Assembly: GCA_963702845.1 (NCBI GenBank)
Contig: OY969763.1
Coordinates: forward strand, 4,832,001-4,896,000
Length of the DNA stretch: 64,000 bases
Source: an uncultured Verrucomicrobiae bacterium
GTDB lineage: Bacteria > Verrucomicrobiota > Verrucomicrobiia > Limisphaerales > Palsa-1400
Reading direction: 5' to 3'
The notes under the pieces were generated by a model. That model worked only from the letters and a program-made list of their open reading frames with translations. It did not search any database and was not told the DNA's origin. This document shows, one piece after another, positions 29,796 through 40,308 of the stretch. How positions within the stretch are numbered: position 1 is the stretch's first letter; each line of letters starts with the position of its first letter. A program made the translations under genes and the position numbers.

Positions 29796-31955
29796 GTGCG
29801 TATATTACCTTTTCTTACTGTGCAGACTGACACTACCAGTCCACCCCGGTATTTTCTCAACCGCGAGTTGAGCTGGCTGGAATTCAACCAACGCGTCCTG
29901 GAACAGGCGCTCGACCCGAAAACTCCGCTGCTCGAACGCGTCAAGTTTTTCTGCATCACGAGTTCCAATCTCGACGAGTTCTTCGAAGTGCGCGTTGCGG
30001 GTTTGAAGCAACAGATCGAAGCCGAGGGCACCGGGCGAAGCATGGATGGGCTGACACCGACGGAGACGTTCAACGCGGTAACGAGGCGCGTCCGCCAAAT
30101 GATCGATCAACAGTTCGATTGTTGGCGAAATGAATTACAGCCCGAACTGGAACGGAATGGGATTCATTTCGTCGAGCCAAAGGATTTGTCGCCAGATGAG
30201 ATCCAGTGGCTGGATAATTTTTACCGCACAGAGATTCGTCCGGTGCTGACGCCGTTGGCGCTTGACCCGGCCCATCCGTTTCCCCAACTACTCAATAAAT
30301 CGCTCAACATCATTGTCGATTTGGAAGTGAAGCGGAACGGCGACCTTCTTCGCTACATGGCAGTTGTGCCGGTGCCGCGAATTCTGCCTCGATTGGTGAA
30401 ACTTCCCGGGAGCGGCACGGAGCGCAGATATATTTACCTCGGCCGCATCATCGGACAGTTTCTGAGCGACCTTTTCCCAGGTGGGACAATTCTTGGCTAT
30501 TGGCATTTCCGAGTCACCCGCAACAGCGAGCTTTACATTGATGAAGAGGAAATCGCCAACCTGCTCCAGGCCGTTGAAGCAGAATTGCGCCATCGACGTC
30601 GGGGTGACGCGGTGCGCCTGGAGATCGATCACCATGTTCGGCCCGAGATTTGCAAGGCGTTGCTTGGCACCTTGAAACTCACCGAGGACGACCTTTACCT
30701 CATCGATGGCCCAATTAATCCGACGCGGTTGATGGCGATTTATGAAGGCGACCACTCGCCTGAGTTGCGCGATCCGCCGTTTATGGGAGCGATCGCTCCG
30801 CGGTTTGTCGATCAACCGGATTTGTTCGACGTGATTCGAAAGGGTGATGTGCTGGTCCATCATCCTTACGAGAGTTTTGAAAGCACGGTGGATTTCATCG
30901 AACAGGCCGCGCTCGACCCGCATGTGCTCGCGATCAAACAGACGTTGTATCGAACCGGCGGTGACACGCGCATCACGCACGCGTTGATGGAAGCAGTGCA
31001 CAGCGGCAAGCAGGTGACGGCGGTGGTTGAACTACGCGCGCGTTTTGACGAAGCGAACAACATCAAGTGGGCGCGTCAACTGGAACAGGAAGGCGTCCAC
31101 GTTGTTTACGGCCTCGTCGGTTATAAAATTCACGGCAAGATGTGCCTCGTCGTTCGACGCGAAGGCAGCGCGATCAATCGTTACGTTCACCTCGGCACTG
31201 GGAATTACAATGCGGCCACGGCCCGCCTTTACACGGACATTGGATTGTTCACGTGCAACAAAGACTTCGCCGAAGACGCGACGAATTTCTTTAATTTGCT
31301 GACGGGCATCTGCCAATTTCAGGAAACGAAGCGCCTGATCGTCGCGCCGTTTCAATTGCACGACCGGATGCTCGAAATGATTCGCAATGAAGCGACAAAC
31401 GCCAAACAAGGTCTGCCGGCCCGTATCATTGCAAAAATCAATTCACTGGCGGACCCGGAAACTATTGAAGCGCTCTACGCGGCGTCTCGTGCCGGAGTTG
31501 AGATCGATTTAATTGTCCGCGGCATCTGCACGTTGCGGCCCCAAGTTCCCGGTCTAAGCGAGAACATCACCGTGCGCAGCATTGTCGATCGGTTCCTTGA
31601 ACATTCCCGTGTCTTTTATTTCGAAAATGCATCGCAGCCGCGCGTGTTTATCGGGAGCGCGGACTGGTTGCCGCGAAACTTTTTCCGACGCATTGAATTG
31701 GTTTTTCCAATTATCCACGGCTCCCTGGCTGATCGTTTAAAAGACCAGGTTCTGGACATGGCGCTGGCTGATAATTCGCATGCGTGGATTCTGCAGCCCG
31801 ACGGATCTTACCAACGAATTCACCCGAAACCGGGCAAGCCTACGCGCCGAAGTCAGCTCCAATTCATCCGCATGGTTTCAGAACCAGCGAAGCCCACCGT
31901 GCAGAAGCGCAGAAAATACCCGCGCGTAAAAGTGGCACCCAGACCGACCAAATAA
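29796..31955 (+). CDS. ppk1: Polyphosphate kinase 1
   Basis: NRELSWLEFN.RVL, HHPYESF, ARFDE.NN and RFLEHSR motifs. Confidence 0.96.
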   Translation: MRILPFLTVQTDTTSPPRYFLNRELSWLEFNQRVLEQALDPKTPLLERVKFFCITSSNLDEFFEVRVAGLKQQIEAEGTGRSMDGLTPTETFNAVTRRVRQMIDQQFDCWRNELQPELERNGIHFVEPKDLSPDEIQWLDNFYRTEIRPVLTPLALDPAHPFPQLLNKSLNIIVDLEVKRNGDLLRYMAVVPVPRILPRLVKLPGSGTERRYIYLGRIIGQFLSDLFPGGTILGYWHFRVTRNSELYIDEEEIANLLQAVEAELRHRRRGDAVRLEIDHHVRPEICKALLGTLKLTEDDLYLIDGPINPTRLMAIYEGDHSPELRDPPFMGAIAPRFVDQPDLFDVIRKGDVLVHHPYESFESTVDFIEQAALDPHVLAIKQTLYRTGGDTRITHALMEAVHSGKQVTAVVELRARFDEANNIKWARQLEQEGVHVVYGLVGYKIHGKMCLVVRREGSAINRYVHLGTGNYNAATARLYTDIGLFTCNKDFAEDATNFFNLLTGICQFQETKRLIVAPFQLHDRMLEMIRNEATNAKQGLPARIIAKINSLADPETIEALYAASRAGVEIDLIVRGICTLRPQVPGLSENITVRSIVDRFLEHSRVFYFENASQPRVFIGSADWLPRNFFRRIELVFPIIHGSLADRLKDQVLDMALADNSHAWILQPDGSYQRIHPKPGKPTRRSQLQFIRMVSEPAKPTVQKRRKYPRVKVAPRPTK

Positions 31956-32018
31956 AGCGACCTCGCACCAAACGTCGATATTTCTTCATTGGCGGCGCAA
32001 TTATGATTTACTTCGCGC

Positions 32019-33251
32019 GTGAAGGACCGAGCGCAACAAACTTACCGCTTCGACAATTGGCGCGCCATTAGCGCGGGCATCGTCGAAAGCGCCAGTGGCA
32101 CGTTTCTGCTGCTGATCGCGGTGCGTTGGTTTCATGCAAGTGATACGGCGAAGGGTCTCATTGCGACGGGTGGCAGCCTGGGGTTTCTCGTCGCACCGCT
32201 GATCGTTTCGTTTGTTGAAGCACGCCGATGGCCAACATCTCTTGCGGCCGCGCGGTTGTGTGCGCTTGGCGCGGTTTCCTTTTTCATCAGCGCGGCGCTA
32301 CCAACGGTGCCGGTCTTCGTTGCGTGCGGCATCGTGGGGATGGCGACTGCGTCTGCAATCGTCCCGCTGATGACGCAGATTTATCAGGAGAATTACGGCG
32401 CGAACGAACGCGGCCGACGCTTTTCCAGGACGTTGATGATTCGCATCGGAGCGACCGTTGCGTTTACAGAAATCGGCGGGCTCGTTCTTAAAAGCCATAT
32501 CGATTACTCGCGCTATATTCTTTTGATCTTCGGCATCGCGATGGCGACGGCCGCCACCTGTCTTAAACGCATTCCTTCGTCGCCGCTGACCAATTCCGGC
32601 AGCACACATCCGCTACGTGCATTACGCTTCGCGAAAACCGACCGGCTGTTCCGGCTCACCTTAATGAACTGGATGCTAATGGGAACGGGCACCTTGATGA
32701 TGCAGCCTTTGCGCGTCGAATACGTGGCGAATCCAAAATACGGGCAAACGTGGGACGTGCTGACGATCGCATTGTTAACCGGCGTCATCCCGAACGCGGT
32801 GCGATTGGTACTCAGTCCTTTTTGGGGTTGGCTCTTCGATCACGCGAATTTTTTCGTGCTCCGCGTCGTCCTGAACATCGGCTTCATGCTCAGCATCGTG
32901 ACCTTTTTCATGAGCCAGACGTTCACCGGGTTGCTTATCGGCGCGCTCATTTACGGCATTTCAAACTCCGGTGGCGATATCGCCTGGAGTTTGTGGGTGA
33001 CGAAGTTCGCGCCGGCGCCACGCGTGGCCGATTACATGGCAGCGCATACGTTCTTTACCGGGTGCCGCGGAGTCGTCGCGCCGGTGTTGGCGTTCCAATT
33101 AATCGCCGCAAACGTCTCGATGGTGACGCTCGGTTGGATTTGCGCGGGGCTGATTGTCGGTGGCACGTTGTTGCTGGTGCCGGAAATACCGTTTGGCCGG
33201 TCAAGCCGACCTGCAGTTGCCCTGGCTGATAGAACGTTTGACGGCGACTAA
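32019..33251 (+). CDS. MFS transporter
   Basis: 410 aa with ~12 hydrophobic segments. Confidence 0.8.
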   Translation: MKDRAQQTYRFDNWRAISAGIVESASGTFLLLIAVRWFHASDTAKGLIATGGSLGFLVAPLIVSFVEARRWPTSLAAARLCALGAVSFFISAALPTVPVFVACGIVGMATASAIVPLMTQIYQENYGANERGRRFSRTLMIRIGATVAFTEIGGLVLKSHIDYSRYILLIFGIAMATAATCLKRIPSSPLTNSGSTHPLRALRFAKTDRLFRLTLMNWMLMGTGTLMMQPLRVEYVANPKYGQTWDVLTIALLTGVIPNAVRLVLSPFWGWLFDHANFFVLRVVLNIGFMLSIVTFFMSQTFTGLLIGALIYGISNSGGDIAWSLWVTKFAPAPRVADYMAAHTFFTGCRGVVAPVLAFQLIAANVSMVTLGWICAGLIVGGTLLLVPEIPFGRSSRPAVALADRTFDGD

Positions 33252-33472
33252 TCGCCTTCGCAGTCGTTCGGTTCGGGAACGAAATTCTTGAAGACAGCCA
33301 AGCCTTCTTTGACGACTTTCATCGTTTGGCTGTCCACCACCTGATAATACCGGTTTGGTTCGCCGAGGATGTTATCGAGCGCTTCGGAAATGCTGTCGAA
33401 AGAGTCCAGGAAATCTTTGTGACCGCCGAAAGAACGACCTACGTAATAGGTATAGAGCAGATACTGTTTCAT
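33248..33472 (-). CDS. Small hypothetical protein
   Basis: 74 aa, ATG start, plausible composition. Confidence 0.55.
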   Translation of the reverse strand: MKQYLLYTYYVGRSFGGHKDFLDSFDSISEALDNILGEPNRYYQVVDSQTMKVVKEGLAVFKNFVPEPNDCEGD

Positions 33473-33550
33473 TGAGGTGACCCTGACCCAACGCCAGGGA
33501 AGTTTGGTTGCATGGCCCTTCCTTTAGCAACCGGTATGCCGAAAAATCCA

Positions 33551-33639
33551 AGGTAGAAGGCTGAAGGCAGAAGGATGAAGAAAACACCGTAAATTGCGTT
33601 CAAAATTATTTTCAGCCTTCTGCCTTCATCCTTCATCCT
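33551..33639. repeat. Inverted heptamer-array hairpin
   Basis: Four AGGCTGA-like units and four TCAGCCT/TCATCCT units. Confidence 0.85.
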
Positions 33640-33698
33640 TTCAGAAAGTGTCCTGCTTCTGGACAAACTCCCGTGGGCACGCGTATCATAGTCATTCA

Positions 33699-36623
33699 AT
33701 GCGCCTCCCCGTTGTCCTATGTGCTGTATTACTGACAGCGTCTCACGTATTAGCCCAAGGGTTCGCGCCGGAAGAGGCTGTCCGGCGCATGAAGCTACCG
33801 TCCGGCTTCGAAGCAAAACTGGTCGCAAGCGAACCGGATATTGCCCAGCCCGTCTGCATCGAATTCGACGAACGCGGACGCCTTTGGGTTATTCAATACC
33901 TGCAGTATCCCAACCCGGCAGGCCTCAACCGCGTCAAAGTTGACCGCTATTCACGAACGGTTTACGACAAAATTCCCGAACCACCGCCGCATGGAACGAA
34001 AGGCGCCGATCGCATCACGATCATGGACCAGTTCGATGACAATGGTCGGGCGCATCGATTCAAAGACTTTGTGAATGGGCTTAATCTCACCAGCGGTTTG
34101 GCATTCGGCCATGGCGGCGTGTTTGTTTTACAAATTCCCTATTTGCTCTTTTACCCGGATCGCAATCATGACGACGTGCCAGACAGCGACCCTGAAGTGT
34201 TGCTCACGGGTTTCGGGATGGAAGATGCGCACTCGGTTGCGAACTCGCTCACATGGGGGCCGGACGGCTGGCTTTATGGTTGTCAGGGCAGCACCGTAAC
34301 AGCGCGTATTCGCGGCATTGAATTTCAACAAGGTGTTTGGCGTTACCATCCGATTACGCACAAGTTCGAATTATTCTGCGAAGGCGGCGGCAATTCGTGG
34401 GGGCTAGATTTCGATGAAGACGGTAATTTGATTTATTCCACCAACCTCGGCCCGTATCGCATGTTGCATGGCGTCCAAGGCGGCTATTACTGGAAAAGCT
34501 TCGGCAAACATGGCGCGCTCCACAATCCCTATACTTACGGTTACTTCGACCATGTTCCTTACAGCAACTTCACGGGCGGCCATGTCACGGATGGCGGAAT
34601 CATTTATCAAGGTGACCAATTTCCCGCTGAGTTCCGCGGCAAATACATTGCCAATGATCTCCTCGGCCACGCTGTGCAATGGCACAACCTCCAACGCAAC
34701 GGTTCGACGTTCAACGCAAGCTACGGTAGCGAATTGCTGACACCAAACGACACCTGGTTTGCACCGAGCGATCTGACGATGGGACCCGACGGTTCTTTGT
34801 ATGTCGCCGATTGGTATGACAAACGAACGGCGCATCCGGATCCGGATGCGGATTGGGACCGGAGTAATGGCCGGATCTACCAGATTCGGTACAATGGAAC
34901 GAACGTCGAACATGGAACGTCCAATTTCCAACGTCCAACGTTCGACAAAGCGAAAAGCAAGGAACTCGTGAAGATGTTGGGTGAAAGCAACGATTGGAAC
35001 GTTCGTTGGGCGCGACACACTCTGGCAGATCGACGAGACAAGTCCGTCATCCCAATCCTGCGCAATACGATTCTGCAATCTACTAACGACCATCTCGCGC
35101 TTGAATCGCTGTGGGCTCTTTACGTGAGCGGCGGTCTGGATGACAAGTTCTCGGGCCAACTTCTTCAACATCGTTTGCCACAGATTCGTAGCTGGGCGGT
35201 GCGCCTACTCGGCGATGAAGGTAAAGCTGCTCGCAACGTGCTTTCATTAGCAACGACAGAAACAAACGTGATGGTGCGCAGCCAACTCGCGTCCACAGCC
35301 AATCGCCTTCCAGCCATCGAAGGGCTCGCGGTCACCGGAACGCTTGCTCTACGCGACGTGAACGCCAAAGATCCTTACATTCCCCTGCTCCTCTGGTGGG
35401 CCGTCGAGGCTCATTGCGTGTCTCACGTCGAACAATGCATCAACATTTTTGCCGCCGTTGACGCATGGCACCATCCGGTCGTGAACGAGACAATCGCGCC
35501 ACGCTTGATGCGGCGCTACGCTGCGGAAGGCTCAAGCGCCACCCTTGCTGGCTGCGCTGAAATCCTAAAACGCGCACCTGCGAACTATCGCGCATCAATG
35601 CTCGCATCGCTCAATGAAGGTTTGCAGGAATGCACGAACAAGTTGGTTTCTGTGGCTGCACTGGAAGAGCAATTGTCGCGCGACAACTCAAACGTGATCG
35701 CCGTCCAGATTGCGGCACGATTAGGACAAGACTCGGCGCGGCGTCATACCGTCGAAATTGCGACGAACACTAAAGCCCCGAAGGCAGATCGCTTAACGAT
35801 GTTGAAACTGTTAGCAGATTTAGCGCCGGCAGAATGTGAGCCCGCGGTACTCCCGATGGTGAATGCCACGGAGCCGGAGTCCATTCAAATCGGCGCGCTT
35901 GAAGTGCTGCAACATTTCGATAACCCGGAAATCACAACGCACGTTTTAGCGGATTATGCGAAAATGTCTGAGCCGGTGCGTTCGCGTGCGCGCGATTTAT
36001 TACTGACACGCAAGGCCGGCACCCTTGCACTCTTGCAACAGGTGGACACCGGAAAAATGGCCGCCACACAAATCCCACTCGACCAACTGCGGCGCGTCTC
36101 GCTCCACAATGATCAACAGCTCAATGAGCTCGTGCGCAAACACTGGGGCAACGTCACTGGCGGCACACCCGAAGAAAAACTTGCGGTCGTTCGTCGTTTC
36201 AACAACGACCTTCGCGCGGCTTACGGCGACCCTGCACGTGGTCATGACTTGTTCGTGAGGACGTGTGGTGTTTGTCATCAACTATTCGGGGAAGGAACGC
36301 CCGTCGGCCCGGACCTGACGCACGCAAATCGGCCAGACCGCGATTTCCTGCTCGTCAGCATCGTCGACCCGAGCGCGGTCATTCGCAAAGAATTCCTCAA
36401 CTATAACGTCGAATTAAAAGATGGCAGTGTGCTGAGCGGCTTGATCGTTGAACAATCGCCGAACAGCATCACGCTGGCAGTGGCGAAAAATGAACGGACG
36501 ATCATTCTGCGGTCGAACATTAAAGAATTACGCGAATCGGCAGTCTCACTCATGCCGGAAGGTCTGCTGCAAGCGCTCAAACCGCAGGAGCTGCGCGATC
36601 TGTTCAGTTATTTGCAGAAATAA
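33699..36623 (+). CDS. PVC-type heme-binding membrane-bound dehydrogenase-domain protein
   Basis: Beta-propeller (ASEP...P....FD.RGRLWV), HEAT-like repeats, CGVCH, GPDLT and SLMPEGL motifs. Confidence 0.9.
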   Translation: MRLPVVLCAVLLTASHVLAQGFAPEEAVRRMKLPSGFEAKLVASEPDIAQPVCIEFDERGRLWVIQYLQYPNPAGLNRVKVDRYSRTVYDKIPEPPPHGTKGADRITIMDQFDDNGRAHRFKDFVNGLNLTSGLAFGHGGVFVLQIPYLLFYPDRNHDDVPDSDPEVLLTGFGMEDAHSVANSLTWGPDGWLYGCQGSTVTARIRGIEFQQGVWRYHPITHKFELFCEGGGNSWGLDFDEDGNLIYSTNLGPYRMLHGVQGGYYWKSFGKHGALHNPYTYGYFDHVPYSNFTGGHVTDGGIIYQGDQFPAEFRGKYIANDLLGHAVQWHNLQRNGSTFNASYGSELLTPNDTWFAPSDLTMGPDGSLYVADWYDKRTAHPDPDADWDRSNGRIYQIRYNGTNVEHGTSNFQRPTFDKAKSKELVKMLGESNDWNVRWARHTLADRRDKSVIPILRNTILQSTNDHLALESLWALYVSGGLDDKFSGQLLQHRLPQIRSWAVRLLGDEGKAARNVLSLATTETNVMVRSQLASTANRLPAIEGLAVTGTLALRDVNAKDPYIPLLLWWAVEAHCVSHVEQCINIFAAVDAWHHPVVNETIAPRLMRRYAAEGSSATLAGCAEILKRAPANYRASMLASLNEGLQECTNKLVSVAALEEQLSRDNSNVIAVQIAARLGQDSARRHTVEIATNTKAPKADRLTMLKLLADLAPAECEPAVLPMVNATEPESIQIGALEVLQHFDNPEITTHVLADYAKMSEPVRSRARDLLLTRKAGTLALLQQVDTGKMAATQIPLDQLRRVSLHNDQQLNELVRKHWGNVTGGTPEEKLAVVRRFNNDLRAAYGDPARGHDLFVRTCGVCHQLFGEGTPVGPDLTHANRPDRDFLLVSIVDPSAVIRKEFLNYNVELKDGSVLSGLIVEQSPNSITLAVAKNERTIILRSNIKELRESAVSLMPEGLLQALKPQELRDLFSYLQK

Positions 36624-37476
36624 GTGATGGCAGGAAAATACGGTCTGCGTTAGACGATTTCTCTACGACTTTTTCGGAATCTCCTTGTGAGGTCCGTCTG
36701 GCTGTGATGCAGTCGCGCAAAAGTTCATCAACGGTGACGAACTGATATCCACGCTTCTGCAGTTCATCACACAGTTCGCCCAGGCGCCGAAACATTTTAT
36801 CTTTGCGCTCAGCGCCCGAACCCAGATGCATCAACAGGAGATACCCGTTCAGGCCGTGTTGTTTTTCTTGCTGCAAGATGCTGTCGAAAATCGTCTGAGA
36901 CGAAACAAAGTTGCGCGATCGTTCTTCCGTGTAATCAGCCGCTGATCGCGTTCCCGGTGTGTGGTTGATTAACACCAGTCCGACCTCGTGCGTCCAATCT
37001 ACAATTTCGTGATTGTACCATTCATAGGGCGGCATGAAAAACTTGATGCGCTCGCGCTGCACACCGGCATTTTCCAGCGCAGAAAGATTTTGTTTCAAAT
37101 CGTCGGCAAAGAAATCCTTCGTGACCAACGTTCTCTTTTTGCCGGTCCACGGGCATAGCAGTGGATGACTGTTTGAATGCGGCCCGATGTAATGGCCGTC
37201 TTTCACCATGCGCCGAATCATGGCTTTGTTTTCAGCGCGCCGCGCGCAACAGCCGGTGAGGAAAAACGATGCCTTCAGGTGCCGCGATCCCAATTCGTCA
37301 AGAATCGTGGGCGCGCCTTCGACAAATTCGTGGGCGCTAAATTCCAAAGCAATTCGCTTTTGCGATTGCGAGCCTCGGACAACGCCGCCATCGATATATT
37401 CGCACGTCCCGTCGACCGCGCGAACTACGGTCACGCTGAGCAGCAGAGCGGCGCTCAGCGGTAACATCCAACGCAT
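36604..37476 (-). CDS. Polysaccharide deacetylase (CE4)
   Basis: ASFFLTG, H.IGPHS.SH, PPYE and LLMH motifs; signal peptide. Confidence 0.85.
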   Translation of the reverse strand: MRWMLPLSAALLLSVTVVRAVDGTCEYIDGGVVRGSQSQKRIALEFSAHEFVEGAPTILDELGSRHLKASFFLTGCCARRAENKAMIRRMVKDGHYIGPHSNSHPLLCPWTGKKRTLVTKDFFADDLKQNLSALENAGVQRERIKFFMPPYEWYNHEIVDWTHEVGLVLINHTPGTRSAADYTEERSRNFVSSQTIFDSILQQEKQHGLNGYLLLMHLGSGAERKDKMFRRLGELCDELQKRGYQFVTVDELLRDCITARRTSQGDSEKVVEKSSNADRIFLPSLISANN

Positions 37477-37485
37477 AATTACAAC

Positions 37486-38904
37486 TCAGGTGAGATTTTT
37501 TGCAGGGGAAGTATCACGTGTTTGACATTGCCAAAAATACAGCGGTAATCCAAGCAATATCAGAGCGATTCCGACAATGGACTCCAAACGGCTGGTTTGC
37601 AGTGTGTTAATGAGCAGCCAAATTGCAACCACGATGAAAATCAACGGCACTATGGGATAACCAAGCGTCTTATATGGCCGCGGAGCATCTGGCATTTTGT
37701 GACGCAGGACGAAAACCGCCGCTGTCGTAGACGCGTAAAAAATCATTCCCGCAAACACGACGCAGTCGGTGAGTTGATCAAAGGTACCCGACAACGCCAG
37801 CAGACAAGCCCATAACGATTGCAGAATAATTGCCGACACCGGAACCGAAGTGTGTTCGCTCAGCTTCGCAAATCGCGAGAAGAACAAACCGTCGCGTGCC
37901 ATAGCATAAGGGATACGTGCGCTGGTCAGGATTGAGCCGTTCAGAACGCCAACGGTGGAAAGCAGTGCGGCGATGGAGAACAACTGAGCGCCGAAGTGCG
38001 GCAGGAACGTTTGCGCTGCTTTACTCGCGACGGGCGCACCTAGCGGATGGAGCGTGGAACGCGCTGTCAGAATTTCTTCGGTCGGCAACGCATAGCAATA
38101 CGCCAGGTTTACTAAACCATAGACGAGCAGCACGATCGCCATTCCCAGGACCAAAGCACGGGGCACGTTGCGACCCGGATCTTTCACTTCACCAGCAGCC
38201 ATCGGCATATTGTTCCAGCCGTCGTAAGCCCAAAGCGCCGCCAGCATCGCCATGCCGAACGCCGAAAATCCGCTCCACGACGACGCACCCGGCGGATTCT
38301 TTAAATGCTCCCACCTCGCGCCCGGCGAAAAAAAGAACACACCCACAATAATCGCGGCGATCCCGAGAACTTTTCCGAGCGTCAGAATCAATTGCACCCT
38401 ACCGCCAAAAACAACGCGCGCACAGTTGATCGCCGAGAAGAGTAAAATCACGCCGACAGCAACGACCTGTTGCACGCCAAAACTCCAATCAACTTTTTGC
38501 CCGAGGAAATTAAACGAAGCTTTGGCCCACACGGCGTTCAGTGGAATCAGTCCCGAAAGAAAAACCGCAAAGGCAACACCGAAGCTGGCAATCGAGCCCG
38601 TTGAGCCCACGATGAGGCGCATCCAACCAAACAAGAACGCGGGAACATCTCCGTAAGCTGCGCGCAAATAAACATACTCACCGCCCGCGTGCGGCAACAT
38701 CGCACCGAGTTCGGCGTAACTCAGCGCACCGGCGAGCGACAACAAACCAGCCGCAACCCACGCCAGCAGCACCAATTGCGGCGTGCCCACTGCCTGAGCC
38801 ATCTTGGCCGTCTTGAGAAAAACTCCCGTGCCGATAATTGTCCCCACTACCAGCGCGGTCGTATCGCCCAACGTTAGGCCGCGAACAAGTTGGTGTTTAC
38901 TCAT
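37486..38904 (-). CDS. APC-family amino acid permease
   Basis: GTIIGTGVF, YAELG...P.AGG.Y and WAYDGW motifs. Confidence 0.92.
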   Translation of the reverse strand: MSKHQLVRGLTLGDTTALVVGTIIGTGVFLKTAKMAQAVGTPQLVLLAWVAAGLLSLAGALSYAELGAMLPHAGGEYVYLRAAYGDVPAFLFGWMRLIVGSTGSIASFGVAFAVFLSGLIPLNAVWAKASFNFLGQKVDWSFGVQQVVAVGVILLFSAINCARVVFGGRVQLILTLGKVLGIAAIIVGVFFFSPGARWEHLKNPPGASSWSGFSAFGMAMLAALWAYDGWNNMPMAAGEVKDPGRNVPRALVLGMAIVLLVYGLVNLAYCYALPTEEILTARSTLHPLGAPVASKAAQTFLPHFGAQLFSIAALLSTVGVLNGSILTSARIPYAMARDGLFFSRFAKLSEHTSVPVSAIILQSLWACLLALSGTFDQLTDCVVFAGMIFYASTTAAVFVLRHKMPDAPRPYKTLGYPIVPLIFIVVAIWLLINTLQTSRLESIVGIALILLGLPLYFWQCQTRDTSPAKNLT

Positions 38905-40283
38905 GGTGAACCCAGGACGATTTTACAGATAACGACCGACGCGATAATTCCCGCCGCGTCCGCCAGCAACCCAGCGGCGATCGCATGGCGCGTCCTGCGA
39001 ATACCAACCGCGCCGAAATAAACAGCAACGACATAGAAGGTCGTCTCCGTGCTGCCATACATCGTCGCGGCCATTTTGCTGAAGATGTGATCGGGTCCGT
39101 AATGCGTAATGACGTCCGACAGCAAGGCCAGGCTTCCGCTGCCGCTCAGTGGTCGCATGAAAGCGAGCGTGAGCAACTCCGTTGGAAAACCAATTGCAGT
39201 CAAAAGCGGTTTCAGCCCCATCGCAATCAGTTCGATTCCGTGCGCGGCACGGAACATGGCAACCGCAGCCAAAATCGTCACCAAATAAGGAATGATGCGC
39301 ACTGCCACTTGAAAACCCTCCTTGGCGCCGTCAACGAACTCCTCATAAACCTTCACCCGGCGCAACGCGGCATAGAGCGGAAAAAACGAAAGAAAGAACG
39401 GGATCGCCAGCAATGAGATCCCATTCACGATCCGTGAAAACGTGCTTGTGTTCATTGCGTCGGCATTTGGCTTTGGGCCGAAACCTAATTGAGGAAACGA
39501 CAGTGATATCCAGAGCCAAACAAAAAATAAAAAGAAAGCCGTCAGGACGGCTATCGCCCACGGAGTCAGCGGTGCCGCCGGATGCCGTGCTTGCTCGACC
39601 TTTTCAGCTATGGATGTGCTGGTGAGCGGCGCTTGAGTCGAATCGGAAAGTACATCCTCTGGACGCGGTCGGAACATCGGCAGCTTTTGCAACGTCTTCA
39701 CCGCCGTCAGCCCGACGATCTGCGCGCAAACCGTCGCTAGAAACGCAGTGCCGACAATGGCTGTAGGATTTTTTGCTCCTTTAACCGCGAGCAGGCCGAC
39801 CGCGGTCGCTGGGATCAATTGAATGGAAGCCGTGTTGATGGCCAGAAACGTGCACATCGCATTCGTCGCGCTACTGGGGTGCGGATTTAATTTTTGCAAC
39901 TCCTGCATCGCCCGCAAACCGAGAGGCGTTGCCGCGTTGCCAAGCCCAAGCATGTTCGCGGCGATGTTCATCACCATCGACCCCATGGCCGGATGGTCGG
40001 CGGGCACGTCGGGAAACAACCACCGCAAAATCGGACGCAACGCGCGCGCGAGCACTTGCACAAGCCCGGAACGATCAGCGAGCCGCATCACACCAAGCCA
40101 GATCGTCATGATGGCCGAAAGAGGCAGTGCAAGGTCCATCACCGCCGTCTTCGCCATGTCGAAAGCCGACTTTATGACGGCGTCCAGGCCACCGCCCGGC
40201 AGAGTTTCGCTCGGATGAATGGTATTGTAGCCGCCTAGAATGACGGCAAGAACGACGAGCGCGAGCCAGATGTAGTTTAACAT
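38901..40283 (-). CDS. SpmA/SpmB fusion (nucleoside-recognition gate) membrane protein
   Basis: ANMLGLGNAATPLG, RPLSGSG and GSTETTFYV motifs. Confidence 0.88.
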   Translation of the reverse strand: MLNYIWLALVVLAVILGGYNTIHPSETLPGGGLDAVIKSAFDMAKTAVMDLALPLSAIMTIWLGVMRLADRSGLVQVLARALRPILRWLFPDVPADHPAMGSMVMNIAANMLGLGNAATPLGLRAMQELQKLNPHPSSATNAMCTFLAINTASIQLIPATAVGLLAVKGAKNPTAIVGTAFLATVCAQIVGLTAVKTLQKLPMFRPRPEDVLSDSTQAPLTSTSIAEKVEQARHPAAPLTPWAIAVLTAFFLFFVWLWISLSFPQLGFGPKPNADAMNTSTFSRIVNGISLLAIPFFLSFFPLYAALRRVKVYEEFVDGAKEGFQVAVRIIPYLVTILAAVAMFRAAHGIELIAMGLKPLLTAIGFPTELLTLAFMRPLSGSGSLALLSDVITHYGPDHIFSKMAATMYGSTETTFYVVAVYFGAVGIRRTRHAIAAGLLADAAGIIASVVICKIVLGSP

Positions 40284-40308
40284 TGGCCCTGGTTTGGTTG
40301 ACTGCCGA

